DNA from: a virus
DNA: 64,000 nucleotides
Direction: 5' to 3' (one strand)
IMG/VR virus record: IMGVR_UViG_3300027963_005443
The notes under the pieces were generated by a model that saw nothing but the letters and a program-made list of their open reading frames with translations, ran no database searches and was not told where the DNA came from. The translations under genes and the position numbers were made by a program. This document shows positions 37,925 through 49,200 of the stretch, one piece after another. How positions within the stretch are numbered: position 1 is the first letter of the stretch; each line of letters opens with the position of its first letter.

Positions 37925-38769
37925 ACGATTTCGTAGATGCAAGCACATATCTTTCTTCAAAATTCAATAATGAAGAACCATTTGCTGCCGGCAAAATAGG
38001 ATGCAATGAATTAAGATGTGTAAAAAACTATTTTGAATATTATGAAAAGGGGCAAGAGCCGGTCTGGACAGAAGAAGTTGAATATAAGACATATTATCAA
38101 AATGGTATTTTTCCACAAACGACAGAAGCAAAAGTCAGCTTTATAAACGAATTAATTCATTGCATTAAAGATATGGATTGCCTTTCACTTTGGTCTCCAT
38201 ACGACATCGAATACGAAAAAAGATTTATAGAAGAATATTCGCCAAATTCTACTTTAGTGCCACTGAGAAGTTTGGAACCATATTACTCAGGAATTCCTTG
38301 GACACAAAATCTAAAAGATAAAAAAGTTTTGGTTGTAACTAGTTTCCCGGAAACAATCAGAAACCAATATAATAAAAGAGAAGTTCTATGGGAAGATAAA
38401 AGAATTTTGCCTAAATTTGATTTAATCACATTGAGTCATCAGCACTCTCCCGGTGTTGGAGAGCCAAGTAAATATAAAGATTGGTCTGAGATGATAGCAT
38501 ACATGAAAGAGCAAATGAACGCCATAGACTATGATGTGGCATTAATCGGTACCGGTGCCAGCTCACTACCTCTTGTGTCTTTCTCTAAAACTAGTGGAAA
38601 AAAAGCAATTCATCTTGGAGGAGCATTGCAAATACTTTTCGGAATAGCGGGATCTAGGTGGGATAGTAAAATTATTGGACAAGTATTTTACAATAAACAT
38701 TGGGCTCGTGTATTAGAAAAAGAGACCCCAAAAAAATATAAAATGGTCGAGAACGGTGCTTACTGGTGA
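37909..38769 (+). CDS. Putative GT-D-fold/DUF1792-like glycosylation protein
   Basis: AGKIGCNE, LEPYY, KKVLVVTSF, YDVALIG.GA..LPL...GKKAIHLGG, FGI.G.RW. Confidence 0.65.
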   Translation: MQKYINDFVDASTYLSSKFNNEEPFAAGKIGCNELRCVKNYFEYYEKGQEPVWTEEVEYKTYYQNGIFPQTTEAKVSFINELIHCIKDMDCLSLWSPYDIEYEKRFIEEYSPNSTLVPLRSLEPYYSGIPWTQNLKDKKVLVVTSFPETIRNQYNKREVLWEDKRILPKFDLITLSHQHSPGVGEPSKYKDWSEMIAYMKEQMNAIDYDVALIGTGASSLPLVSFSKTSGKKAIHLGGALQILFGIAGSRWDSKIIGQVFYNKHWARVLEKETPKKYKMVENGAYW

Positions 38770-39092
38770 TTGAAGACCTCTTTAAGATAATAAGTATTGT
38801 GATATTTTATTATATTCATATAATATTCTAAGTTATTTTTAGGATCGGTAAAACCTTTACCGATAATTAAACCATTTTCTGGGTTCGGCAGAAACCCGCC
38901 GATTTCAAAAAATTTAGAATAGTTATTGACAAGCAATAAACCATACTTATCAATAAGTAAAATATCTCCATTCTTTAAATCAATCTCAGTATAAATTTCA
39001 CAATTAAGAAGATTTGAAATTTGTCTAATATCACCTGACAAGTATATTTCAGATAATTCTTCTTCTCTGCTGCTGATCAAGTATGCTATCAT
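38760..39092 (-). CDS. Hypothetical protein (DUF3846-like)
   Basis: LLNC..Y..I...GDILLID..GL...G.GLIIG. Confidence 0.6.
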   Translation of the reverse strand: MIAYLISSREEELSEIYLSGDIRQISNLLNCEIYTEIDLKNGDILLIDKYGLLLVNNYSKFFEIGGFLPNPENGLIIGKGFTDPKNNLEYYMNIIKYHNTYYLKEVFNHQ

Positions 39093-39134
39093 CTATTAAT
39101 AATTATAGATGATATGGGCAAAAAAATCAATAAA

Positions 39135-39163
39135 AACCCTCTCATTTTTTAGACGAGAGGGTT
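39135..39163 (-). terminator. Intrinsic terminator-like hairpin
   Basis: aaccctctc/gagagggtt stem followed by T-rich run on the minus strand. Confidence 0.65.
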
Positions 39164-39202
39164 AAATAAAAATAAAATTAAAAGGATATGTCATCCAATA
39201 AA

Positions 39203-39367
39203 TTATTCTTGGTTATTCTTTTCTTCAAGTTTAATTTTTTCTTCTAATAATTTATTGAGTTTTGAAATCTCTTCATACACAAAACTTGGATTATCGCAAA
39301 ATTCAGAACAAATATAACTTCTATGGTCGGCAATTAAGTTTTTGATGTCTTGAATTGTTTTTTGCAT
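39203..39367 (-). CDS. Small hypothetical protein, 54 aa; not in ORF track
   Basis: MQKTIQDIKNLIADHRSYICSEFCDNP...; starts right after the upstream stop. Confidence 0.55.
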   Translation of the reverse strand: MQKTIQDIKNLIADHRSYICSEFCDNPSFVYEEISKLNKLLEEKIKLEEKNNQE

Positions 39368-39368
39368 A

Positions 39369-40736
39369 TTAATTTATATTAGTTAAACCAGTAGTTTTCG
39401 TGAATCCAACTTGGTAGTAAGTTTTTCCGCCATACACTAAGATTGTCTGGCTAGATTTAATATTACCCGGATCTGTTGTGACTGCACTGCCAGTGAAGGC
39501 TCCGGTTGTTGATGTCGGTAGTGCTGTATTATAGGTTCCATCCCATGCACGTATATTCATCTCAGAGGCAACTCTATCTATCCTAGAGGCCAGTCCTATG
39601 GTACCATTTCCAGCAAAAACTAAACCTATTATTTTCCTGACCCCGGATATATCTGCAAGTAATGCCGAACCAGAATCTCCCCCTAAGGACGTTCCATTGC
39701 TACCATCTTCATAGCCATATTCTATCAAGTCTCCCCACACAGTAATATCGGCCTCTTCTCCTACGTTCGAGACATTAGACCAACCACCAATTGATCTTAC
39801 ACGAAGTCTACATGTTGCTGTGTCAGCGTATCCCTTCGGACCAGTGGTTCTTCCAGTGCTGTATAATCTTGGATTAGTGTTCAATAAGTTATCTATTTCT
39901 GAAGTTGTAGCAAAATCTAGAAATCCTGCGTAGTCTGTTGTTCCTATCGGCTGCCATACTTTATAAGAAGCAGAAGAAGATATCGCACCAGGATCCATAA
40001 CCATTAAAGCAACATCTGAATAATTGTATGTGGGCGATGGTGCCACAGGTTGATATCTCTTAATAAAAGGACAAACAATTCTCACAGATGAACCAGAGTT
40101 AATTAAGGTTATAGCGCCCGGGTTATGGTTCTTATTGTCCAAAATCCAGTTTCTTGGTTCGAATGTATTATACGCATCTGAGTTCTCAGTAGCCCAATTT
40201 CTGTTTGTGGCAAAATATCTTCTATGACAAACAACGTGACTATTTGTGACACCAACTATCTTGTTGTCAATGTTATCTACACAAAAAAAACCAAGCGTTC
40301 CCAAACTAGCATAATATGAGTTGCCCACATTAGACCACGATGTTGGGTATTGAACTATTTCTTGCCCACCCCTCATAGGCAATAATGCAGACCCACCGTT
40401 TGGCCAAGGAGCCAGTCTTGTTATATCTTGAACAGTTGGACAAGGATTTGTATTTGCATTAGCGGAATTACAATAACAAGAAACAAATTCTGCTCTTTTG
40501 GCCTCCATCACATCAGTGAGATAATATTGATCTCCGGCTTTTATTGTCTTTGGCAGTATCTGATCACTAGGCAGGTCGGTTTCTGGTATCTTAGCATCAA
40601 CATTAAAAACAATACCTATCACATTTGTTTTTAGGCCATTTTTATATTTATATCCCAAAGATACTCCGTGAATATTATCAGGTGTTTCACGATGTAATCT
40701 TTCTATTTCTTTTTTTAATTCTTCTGTTAGTTGCAT
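39369..40736 (-). CDS. Trypsin-like (S1, Nal1-like) serine protease with N-terminal prodomain
   Basis: GTLG, VTNSHVV (His), SDVAL (Asp), GRTTG, GGDSGS (Ser), IIGLVFAG; SD gaggt. Confidence 0.88.
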   Translation of the reverse strand: MQLTEELKKEIERLHRETPDNIHGVSLGYKYKNGLKTNVIGIVFNVDAKIPETDLPSDQILPKTIKAGDQYYLTDVMEAKRAEFVSCYCNSANANTNPCPTVQDITRLAPWPNGGSALLPMRGGQEIVQYPTSWSNVGNSYYASLGTLGFFCVDNIDNKIVGVTNSHVVCHRRYFATNRNWATENSDAYNTFEPRNWILDNKNHNPGAITLINSGSSVRIVCPFIKRYQPVAPSPTYNYSDVALMVMDPGAISSSASYKVWQPIGTTDYAGFLDFATTSEIDNLLNTNPRLYSTGRTTGPKGYADTATCRLRVRSIGGWSNVSNVGEEADITVWGDLIEYGYEDGSNGTSLGGDSGSALLADISGVRKIIGLVFAGNGTIGLASRIDRVASEMNIRAWDGTYNTALPTSTTGAFTGSAVTTDPGNIKSSQTILVYGGKTYYQVGFTKTTGLTNIN

Positions 40737-40749
40737 AGTTTTACCTCGA

Positions 40750-43700
40750 TTATACGAAAGAAACCCAGAGAACTTTCAAACTTGGATTTGCTGCAGATGG
40801 AGTTTGAGTTCTTGTCAATGTTGGTGTCAAAGTTGGTGTGTTAGTAGATGTTCTTGTTAAAGTTGGTGTGTTAGTAGATGTTCTTGTTAAAGTTGGTGTG
40901 TTAGTAGATGTTCTTGTTAAAGTTGGTGTGTTAGTAGATGTTCTTGTTAAAGTTGGTGTGTTACTAGATGTTCTTGTTAAAGTTGGTGTGTTAGTCGGGT
41001 TATTTGATGTCGTGGTATTTGTTACAGTTGGTGTTAAGGTTGGTGTTAAGGTTGGGGTTGATGTCCCAGTTGGAGTCAAGGTTGGAGTATTTGTGAAAGT
41101 TGAAGTTGGCGTTTGTGTTAAAGCGGGATTTATTAAAGTAGATGTAGATGTCTTTGTGATTGTTGGAGTTGAAGTTAATGTAGAAGTATTGGTTGGGGCT
41201 GGTGCCTGTGTGGGGGTGGGAGTTAAAGTCTTGGTTGGGGTAATAGTCGGGGTTGGAGTAGGAGTGTTTGTTGCTAATAAAGCGCAATTATTCCAATTAA
41301 TTGTAGATGTAATAACAGAGCGAGAGGTGTTATGATCCCATAGAGTGCCTACCTGAATAAGGGCAGCAGTAACTCTAAATCGGTGATCTCCTAGAGCTTT
41401 ACTTATTTGAAAAGTGCGGGATACCCTGGGTATGGTGCCCAGATTGGGGCCACTATAAAGACTTGCAAAAAATGAATCTTTCTCAACCCAATTAGAGCCT
41501 GGGTCTTCGGCATTGTACATTGCTTCTATGACATAAACAGTCATCCAGTTAGGTATATTACACAAATAAGTTGGATATTCCCAAGAAATTGAAGCCAATA
41601 CTGATGAGGAAGTGTCTCCCGGGTTTACACATTCTATGGCTATGTTCTGTGGGATTTCCGGCAGACATAACGGAGAGATTGTTGTTGTCGTTGTTGTTGT
41701 TGGGGAAATAGTAGTAGTTGTCGTAGTAGAAGGAGAGACTGTTGTGGTTGGAATAGAGGTGGTTATTTCATCATATTCACAATCTATACTTAAAAATAAA
41801 CTACTAGGTATATCTTCTATACTATTTATAGAACAATAAGATTGCGGAGCAGGAGTTGTAGTTGTTGGTCTGGTCCAAGGATCCTCTGGTGAGCAGCCTG
41901 AGATTTTTCCATGAAATATTGGAAGATTAATTATTTCTTGTTGCGTGTAATATTCAGCAAATAACTTAATTTTAGAAACTCTATTGCCGATATTTTCAAC
42001 AGCGGTAATATCATCGTCTACAAACAACCATATATTATCATTCAACACTACATTGCCTACCGTGTCTGTAAATTCAAATTGTTTAATTTTATTTAAAAAT
42101 ACAAAAACATTTTTAGTGTTTTTGTTTCTGGTGATGATTAATTGGTTGTAGTCATTAACTTTGAGTTCGGTTTGACCTACATAACCTCCTGGCACATATG
42201 ATATATAAAGATTTGCTCCATTATCATATATATAAATTCCATTATCTGAAGATTTGCCTTTAAAATCTATTAATTTACCAAATGTTGTGTTGTCTGGCTC
42301 TGGTTTGAATACCAACTCGAGGGTGTATTCTTCCATGTTGCAAGAACATGGCATTATAGTTGGTGTTGGAGTTAAGCCAAACGTTCTTGTGAGAGTTGGA
42401 GTTGGATTTGGCCCCGATGACCTAGTTAGGGTTGGGGTATGGGTTTGAGTTTTTGTTAAAGTTGGAGTCGAAGTAAGTGTCGGAGTCGAAGTTGGAGTTT
42501 TTGTCAACCATCTTGTTGTTGACGGAGTCGGAGTTAGAGTTGGCGTTAAAGTTAGAGTAGAAGTAAGAGTTTTTGTTAAGGTTGGAGTTGAAGTAAGAGT
42601 TTTTGTTAAGGTTGGGGTTTTTGTTAAAGTTGGAGTCGAAGTAAGTGTAGGGGTTAAAGTAAGTGTTGGAGTTAAAGTAAGAGTAGAGGTTGAAGTTATA
42701 GTTTGAGTTAAAGTTAAGGTAGGAGTTGAGGTGGGCGTTGGAGTAAGTGTTGGAGTCGAAGTGAGTGTTTGAGTAAGTGTTGGAGTCGAAGTGAGTGTTT
42801 GAGTAAGTGTTGGAGTCGAAGTGAGTGTTTGAGTAAGTGTTGGAGTCGAAGTAAGCGTTCTTGTTAAATTGGGCGTAGAAGTAAGCGTTCTTGTTAAATT
42901 GGGCGTAGAAGTAAGCGTTCTTGTTAAAGTTGGAGTTAAAGTTGGAGTTGAAGTTGGAGTTGAAGTAAGTGTCGGGGTTGAAGTTAGAGTTTGAGTTAAA
43001 GTTAAGGTAGGAGTTGAGGTAGGTGTTGGAGTTGAAGTTAGTGTGGTAGTTGAAGTAAGCGTTGAAGTTGAAGTAAGCGTTGGAGTTGGAGTTAAAGTTG
43101 GAACTAAATTAGAACCACAAACCTCAATATTATCTATTGCAGAAAAACACTCTGCTGTTGGGCTCCCATTGCGAGGATCCCAAACTAATGAATTAGTTGG
43201 CGCTCGGAATACGACTCTTGTTGATGAAGAAGTTGCAGTAAATTGAAATGATTTACGCACCCATCCTAAACTTTCATAAGTATCGCCCGTAACTACATTG
43301 TCTATATTAAAAGTTCTCTTCAACATGCCATTTGGGCCAACCCCCGGAGAAATCACTGCCTCTAAAGATCTGGTTGGGTTTAAATCGTTGTAACCGGGTG
43401 TGCAACCCATATCAAAAGAACATGTATATGTATTCCCTGTAACTGTTGGTATTATTTGATACAAATAAGGCCTATTGGCAGAATACGCAAAACCAACAAA
43501 TCTATTATTTGATAACAAATTACTGCAATAGTTAAAAGAAAACATCTGGGCGTTGTTGTACAAATACCATGGGGGTGCCGCTTGAAATTCTGTTCTATTG
43601 TCATAACCAATATTGTTTACACATCTACCGTCCAAAGATGATGGCAAACTAAAATCTCCATTAACAATTAGATTCACACAAGGAACCAAGGTTTGAGTTG

Positions 43701-45021
43701 GAGTTTTTGTTAAAGTTGGAGTCAGGGTAAGTGTTTTTGTTAAAGTTGGCGTTAGGGTAAGTGCTCTAGTTAAACCTGGGGTTTCTGTTAAAGTTGGAGT
43801 AGGCTCAATAGTTGTTGTGGTGGTACTTGTTGTGGTAGTACTTGTTGTGGTAGTACACTCTGAATCTAATACGGTTATGATATCATTTACAAAACACTGA
43901 CTTAATACAACCTCACCTTCTGGACTTGTAATTCTGAACCAAGTTATTCCATCATGACAGCCGGTATGACGACAGTTGCCAGGACCAGTGGTTGTGGTTG
44001 TAGTTGTAGTTGTAGTCGTAGTTGTGGTTGTGGGTTCAATTGTAGTAGTGCAGACATTATCAGGTCCTGGGTCACAATTTATCCTAGAGTCATCACAGGA
44101 TTGATATTCTGAAAAAACTGCAGTACTACTTCCTGCTGGAGAGCAGCAAGGACACTTATAGCAAATCGGGTTACTTGGGTGGCCGGCTATACAAGTCGTT
44201 CGGCACCAACAACAGTCACCTTCCCAGTGACCAGTTCCAAAAAAATCATCATCTATTACAAAATAACAAGGACCTTGAGTTGTAGTAGTTGTTGTTGTAG
44301 TGGTTGTTGTTGTGGTTGTAGTTGTGGTAGAAATAGTGCACGTCGCAACATTCCCTGCAATTGCAGGTGGACCAGAAGACAACATGTCTACTCCCTGAAC
44401 GTCGGTACAACAACAACATTGTAAGAAAAATTCAAAAACTCCATCTTCTGCGACGGTGCCCCCTGGCAGTACTGACGACGAGATCTTATCACCAGTGACC
44501 TGGTTGGATCTACCTACTGGGCAATCATTATTTAAATTTACCTCCATGATCCAGTTATTATTAACATATAAATTAAAACGAGCTCTACTACAGGCATGAC
44601 CTCCAGGACAAGGACCATCAGTATCGCTATACATTGCTTCGACTAAATAACCGCTTAAATCGGGCAAGCCGAAGCACACCGGGGGAGGAGTTGTTGTAGT
44701 GCCAGGAGGAGGAACTACTATGCAAATCTCGTTAGAACAACTTCCAATGGGAGGGCAATCACAGGCGTCGATCTGGCTGCCCGCTCCGTAATGACAACAA
44801 TCCATTTTACCTAATGTATATCCAAAATAACATGAAGTGATGGGGTCTTGAATTCTTGCGTAGGCTTCCGGTCCAGCCAGCCATTCACAACAATTTAACA
44901 ATGGATCTGGGCACCATGCTCCACAATCAACATCTGAGTCACCTAAAGGCAAGGAAGCACAAGGAGATATTGTGGTTGTTACGTCTAACTTTTCTAGTTT
45001 TTTTTCAATTTCTTTTGACAT
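40750..45021 (-). CDS. 1423-aa modular surface protein: Cys-rich modules, DUF642-like, LamG-like and Fn3-like domains, long T/P linkers
   Basis: NLIVNGDFS...WVRKSFQFTATS (DUF642/CBM-like); YTLELVFK...YNQLIITRN (LamG); extensive PT repeats. Confidence 0.88.
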   Translation of the reverse strand: MSKEIEKKLEKLDVTTTISPCASLPLGDSDVDCGAWCPDPLLNCCEWLAGPEAYARIQDPITSCYFGYTLGKMDCCHYGAGSQIDACDCPPIGSCSNEICIVVPPPGTTTTPPPVCFGLPDLSGYLVEAMYSDTDGPCPGGHACSRARFNLYVNNNWIMEVNLNNDCPVGRSNQVTGDKISSSVLPGGTVAEDGVFEFFLQCCCCTDVQGVDMLSSGPPAIAGNVATCTISTTTTTTTTTTTTTTTTTQGPCYFVIDDDFFGTGHWEGDCCWCRTTCIAGHPSNPICYKCPCCSPAGSSTAVFSEYQSCDDSRINCDPGPDNVCTTTIEPTTTTTTTTTTTTTTTGPGNCRHTGCHDGITWFRITSPEGEVVLSQCFVNDIITVLDSECTTTTSTTTTSTTTTTIEPTPTLTETPGLTRALTLTPTLTKTLTLTPTLTKTPTQTLVPCVNLIVNGDFSLPSSLDGRCVNNIGYDNRTEFQAAPPWYLYNNAQMFSFNYCSNLLSNNRFVGFAYSANRPYLYQIIPTVTGNTYTCSFDMGCTPGYNDLNPTRSLEAVISPGVGPNGMLKRTFNIDNVVTGDTYESLGWVRKSFQFTATSSSTRVVFRAPTNSLVWDPRNGSPTAECFSAIDNIEVCGSNLVPTLTPTPTLTSTSTLTSTTTLTSTPTPTSTPTLTLTQTLTSTPTLTSTPTSTPTLTPTLTRTLTSTPNLTRTLTSTPNLTRTLTSTPTLTQTLTSTPTLTQTLTSTPTLTQTLTSTPTLTPTPTSTPTLTLTQTITSTSTLTLTPTLTLTPTLTSTPTLTKTPTLTKTLTSTPTLTKTLTSTLTLTPTLTPTPSTTRWLTKTPTSTPTLTSTPTLTKTQTHTPTLTRSSGPNPTPTLTRTFGLTPTPTIMPCSCNMEEYTLELVFKPEPDNTTFGKLIDFKGKSSDNGIYIYDNGANLYISYVPGGYVGQTELKVNDYNQLIITRNKNTKNVFVFLNKIKQFEFTDTVGNVVLNDNIWLFVDDDITAVENIGNRVSKIKLFAEYYTQQEIINLPIFHGKISGCSPEDPWTRPTTTTPAPQSYCSINSIEDIPSSLFLSIDCEYDEITTSIPTTTVSPSTTTTTTISPTTTTTTTISPLCLPEIPQNIAIECVNPGDTSSSVLASISWEYPTYLCNIPNWMTVYVIEAMYNAEDPGSNWVEKDSFFASLYSGPNLGTIPRVSRTFQISKALGDHRFRVTAALIQVGTLWDHNTSRSVITSTINWNNCALLATNTPTPTPTITPTKTLTPTPTQAPAPTNTSTLTSTPTITKTSTSTLINPALTQTPTSTFTNTPTLTPTGTSTPTLTPTLTPTVTNTTTSNNPTNTPTLTRTSSNTPTLTRTSTNTPTLTRTSTNTPTLTRTSTNTPTLTRTSTNTPTLTPTLTRTQTPSAANPSLKVLWVSFV
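40831..40995. repeat. 30-nt tandem repeat x5.5 (TPTLTRTSTN)
   Basis: agttggtgtgttagtagatgttcttgttaa repeated almost perfectly. Confidence 0.9.
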
Positions 45022-45101
45022 TATTTAATTACTTTTGGTAAAGTTATATATAATTAAACTAGTCGAAATTAATGTCTAATCACAAGATTGTATGTTTAAA
45101 G

Positions 45102-46208
45102 CTAAGGAGGACAATCTCCCAAGGATGCCGCACAATATACTTGACCTGGGCAACAAACCCAAGTAATTTCCGGACAGCAACCACAGTTGCCAGCGCCATC
45201 TGAGCAGCATTTATCTGTCAGGGGGTTGGAACAAGGAAAACCTCCGCAATCTTCAGTGGTACAACCTGAAGAAGAACTACAACAATCCATTTTAAAACAG
45301 ACATTAGTATTTTCAGTAGGACCTGGTATATTAACTGTGGCAAAAACCAAGTTATTTTTACATCTAACATCTTTTGCATAAATGTAAGGCGCTCCAGCGA
45401 TACTGGCTTTGGCTTCACAACAGTTAGTCTGATGGTCTAATGTTAATTTAAAGGTTTTGTCGCCATTGCTAAAAGTTTCTGATATTACAATGTCGGTAAT
45501 CAAAATATTACAACAACTACGATCACAATAACCCTCTAAAATATTAAGATCTGTGTATATTCTATTCTCCGCAGGGGGGTTCTGGTAGCCGTTTAAACCA
45601 CTAACCCAGTTTATTCTTAGAGCATCTACACAAACAAAATTATCGCAAGATTGACCCTTGGATCCACCTAGAAGACAACATCTTAATTTAGATCCCGCTG
45701 ATCCTAACATCATATCTGGATCTACAAGGGTGTAGAGAGTTTTTACTAGTGCTCCATTTGAAACATATTGACCATCTACCACAGAAGCAATCCCGCCAGA
45801 ATATAATTCATATTTTACTTTAATGAAGCCTATGTTTATTGCATCTTTCTCAGTTTTTTTTAAATTGTGACTCCATTGGGCTTTAGGAAGCAATAAAATA
45901 TTGTCGGCAGTTGGGAAATCACTTGTTATACTGTTGGGGCCACTTATACGAACAACAAAAGATTCTTTGCCAACACCTGTGTGGTCTCCAGCATATTCAA
46001 CATAATTGGCTAAATTATCGGTGCAAGCTCCAACCGGACCGATATAATCGGCACAAACTGAATTGATATCACTACTAGGGCAACCGGGTGGATAGAATAC
46101 ATTACTATTATCTGATACATCCGCAACCGTCAGTGTTGTATCTAGATCATTAATTCCGCTGGTGGTCCAATCAATTTCAACTATGATGTGATCAATAATA
46201 TTTGGCAT
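45102..46208 (-). CDS. Cys-rich putative surface protein with shared C-terminal CC module
   Basis: Ends CGGFPC...KCC..GAGNCGCCPE.TWVCCP...YCAASLGDCPP. Confidence 0.85.
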   Translation of the reverse strand: MPNIIDHIIVEIDWTTSGINDLDTTLTVADVSDNSNVFYPPGCPSSDINSVCADYIGPVGACTDNLANYVEYAGDHTGVGKESFVVRISGPNSITSDFPTADNILLLPKAQWSHNLKKTEKDAINIGFIKVKYELYSGGIASVVDGQYVSNGALVKTLYTLVDPDMMLGSAGSKLRCCLLGGSKGQSCDNFVCVDALRINWVSGLNGYQNPPAENRIYTDLNILEGYCDRSCCNILITDIVISETFSNGDKTFKLTLDHQTNCCEAKASIAGAPYIYAKDVRCKNNLVFATVNIPGPTENTNVCFKMDCCSSSSGCTTEDCGGFPCSNPLTDKCCSDGAGNCGCCPEITWVCCPGQVYCAASLGDCPP

Positions 46209-46253
46209 ATTTTATATATGCCTTATAATCGGGAAAGTTATAAGGATAAAAAA

Positions 46254-49200
46254 TCAATAACCAAAATATAAATTGCCTAAAACATCAAATTTTAATGCAC
46301 GATAGATACCAAAATTATCATTAATAACAATATTATTAGATAAATATGATGACCAAGAAACTCCGTCCCACTTAGCAACACGAGTATATAAACCTCCAGT
46401 ATTGGTGAAGTTTCCTGTAGCATAAATATTATTATTATATTCTGTGATTTCTAGGACGACGGAATTAAATCCGGCGCCCAAATTACTCCAAGATGTGCCA
46501 TTCCATTTAGCAATTCTATTGGCGATAACTCCTCCTGCTGACGTAAAGATTCCGCCAACATAAACATTATCATCTTTATCTACACACACTGAGTAGGCAG
46601 TGCCATTTAATCCACTTCCTAAATTGCTCCAGGATGTTCCGTTCCATTTAGCGATTCTATTAGAGCTAACACCCCCTATATTTGTAAAATTCCCACAAAC
46701 ATAAATATTATTTTCAGAATCTATAGCTATTGAATTAATGGTTGACGAAGCTGAGACCCCGCCCATTCCTAAATCAGACCAAGATGTTCCATCCCATCTA
46801 GCAATTCCGCTCGCACCTTGGTTTCCTGCTGTTCTAAAATTTCCAACAACATAAACGTTATCATTTTTATCAACAATCATGCATTTAATTGATTTTGTAC
46901 CATTAAGATCACCAGGAATTCCATCCCCAACATTAGTCCAAGAATATCCGTCCCATTTGACTATACAGGTTGAAATCCGTGGTGGTAAGGTCGTAGTCGT
47001 AGTTGTGGTTACTGGTGCAACTGGGGTTATTACACTTATACATCCGGTGCCGTAGGGGGAGCAGTAACGAGCAGTGATATATGATCCCACTCCAACGCTA
47101 TTCACAGCTGCAACTTCAAAAATATATCTGGTACCGTTTTGAAGTGAACTGATGGTCAATGAGCGAGATGAAGGGGGTGCTGCCACATAAGTCCACGTAC
47201 TTTCGGTTTCTACCTTATACCGGATACTATATTCTGTGATGGGCGACCCACCGTTCCACAAAGGGGTATACCAGCCAAGGAGCACATTGCCATTGCCTGG
47301 GGTGCCATCGACATCGTTTTGTTCCATAACTGGGGCCGTGGGTCGAACACAAGGAACGGAGCAATACTCGCCAATAACTGGGCAATCCCAAATTGCATTA
47401 ATTCCATTAGTACTATATATCTCCGAACCACAAGCTCGCATATAACTACTGTAGAACCCAGAATCGCAAATACAACCAGAACTACAGCTACTTGATATCA
47501 ACATAAACTCATTCCTTGGCGGGTCCTGGCATATATATTCGCATGTTCCCGTGCAGGGCCCAGTTGTGGTTGTTGTTGTGGGCTCAGTGGTTGTGGTAGT
47601 TGTGGTTGTGGTAGTGGTAGTTGTGGTAGTTGTGGTAGTTGTGGTAGTGGTAGTTGTGGGTTCAGTTGTGGTTGTAGTGGCAGTATTTGCACAACCAATT
47701 CTATCGCAACCAAGACTAAAGGCCCCACCAACATAAACACTGCCGATAGAGTCAAAACATACCGATTTAACTGAGTTGACACCAAAACCTGCAGCTGGAT
47801 TATTGTCATTGCTATTAAAAAGGCCTAAACCACTCCAAGACAATCCATCCCATTTGGCAAAATTAACTACTTCTCCATAGGGAAGATTCATCGTAAACTT
47901 TCCGACAATATAAAGATTGCCTGATAAATCCACAGTAATATCTTCAATAATAGACCCGGAGACAAAGCTTTCGCCAATATTATTCACAACATTACCATTT
48001 ATTTTTGCCAAATGATCAATAGGAATATTATTGACAATAGTTGGTGTTGGAGTAGGCGTTGGATCTGGTACATATTTAAATCTATCCAAATTAATATCTG
48101 TTAGTTGATATCCTCCTCCCAAATCTAACATGGTTTGATTCACAGCAGATTTTACTTGTGGTATTAATATGCAAAACAAACTTAGTGGCATGCCAATAAA
48201 TATTGGCTCATTATCTATAATCAAAAAATATGGACTTCCAGAATCTAAACTTCTTATTGATTGTCCTATTCTTTCAAAACCTATCTGATTTTGTTCTCCA
48301 GTTCTGGCAGCACCAAAATAAGCAGGATTTGAAACAAATGGATTCATTGCTGACAAAAATATGCTTTTATCTTGATTGGAATGAATTACAAATATTTTAT
48401 TATTTAAAATTGCTTTATTTATTCCGTCCAGGTCTGGGAGCAGCCATGTAAAACTAGTGTCCATTCTATTTCTATAATTATCTGGAAGTACTTTTGCAAA
48501 AGTTATTGTCTCTGGCACATCTGAATCTAAAACTCCTATAGTAAAATCACCTATGCCAACTTCTTTTGTATCAACCAACGTTCTAGTGACAACTACATTA
48601 TCTTTTGTTATAAATCTCATTTCGCTGCCATTGGGCGGATAGTATCGAAAGTGAGCACAAAAAATAACATGTCTTGGGCTGATCAGTGTTCCGTGAGTGT
48701 GATTGCTACTTTGAACTAAAGTATTTGGAGCATAAGGAGGAGATGGTAGTCTTAATGTCTGATGCATATTCCAGGGAGAACAACAAGTTAAATCTATATC
48801 ATACGCCCAACAATTTGGATTTCTTATAAAATTTTTAGTAGCATCACTATCTGTGTATCCTCCATAATTAACATTATTTTGATAAAAATCTAAAAATAAA
48901 TCTAATCCATATAGACCATCATCCTGAACTCCGTCAAAATATCTTGATTTAGAGTCTTTTCCCACCAACATACTTCTAATTTGATTAGTGGCATAATTAT
49001 TGAGTAAAGGCAAATCAGTGGGTGTAAGCGTAGGGGTTGGCGTTGGCGTGGAAGTAGGCGTTAGTGTGGAAGTGGATGTTGGAGTAGAAGTTGGCGTTAA
49101 TGTTAAACTAGCCGAGGGGGTGAGAGTAGGCGTAGGGGTCGGAGTTAATGTAGAAGTGGAAGTGGGAGTAGGGGTGGGTTCTTGATTATGATCAGTAATA

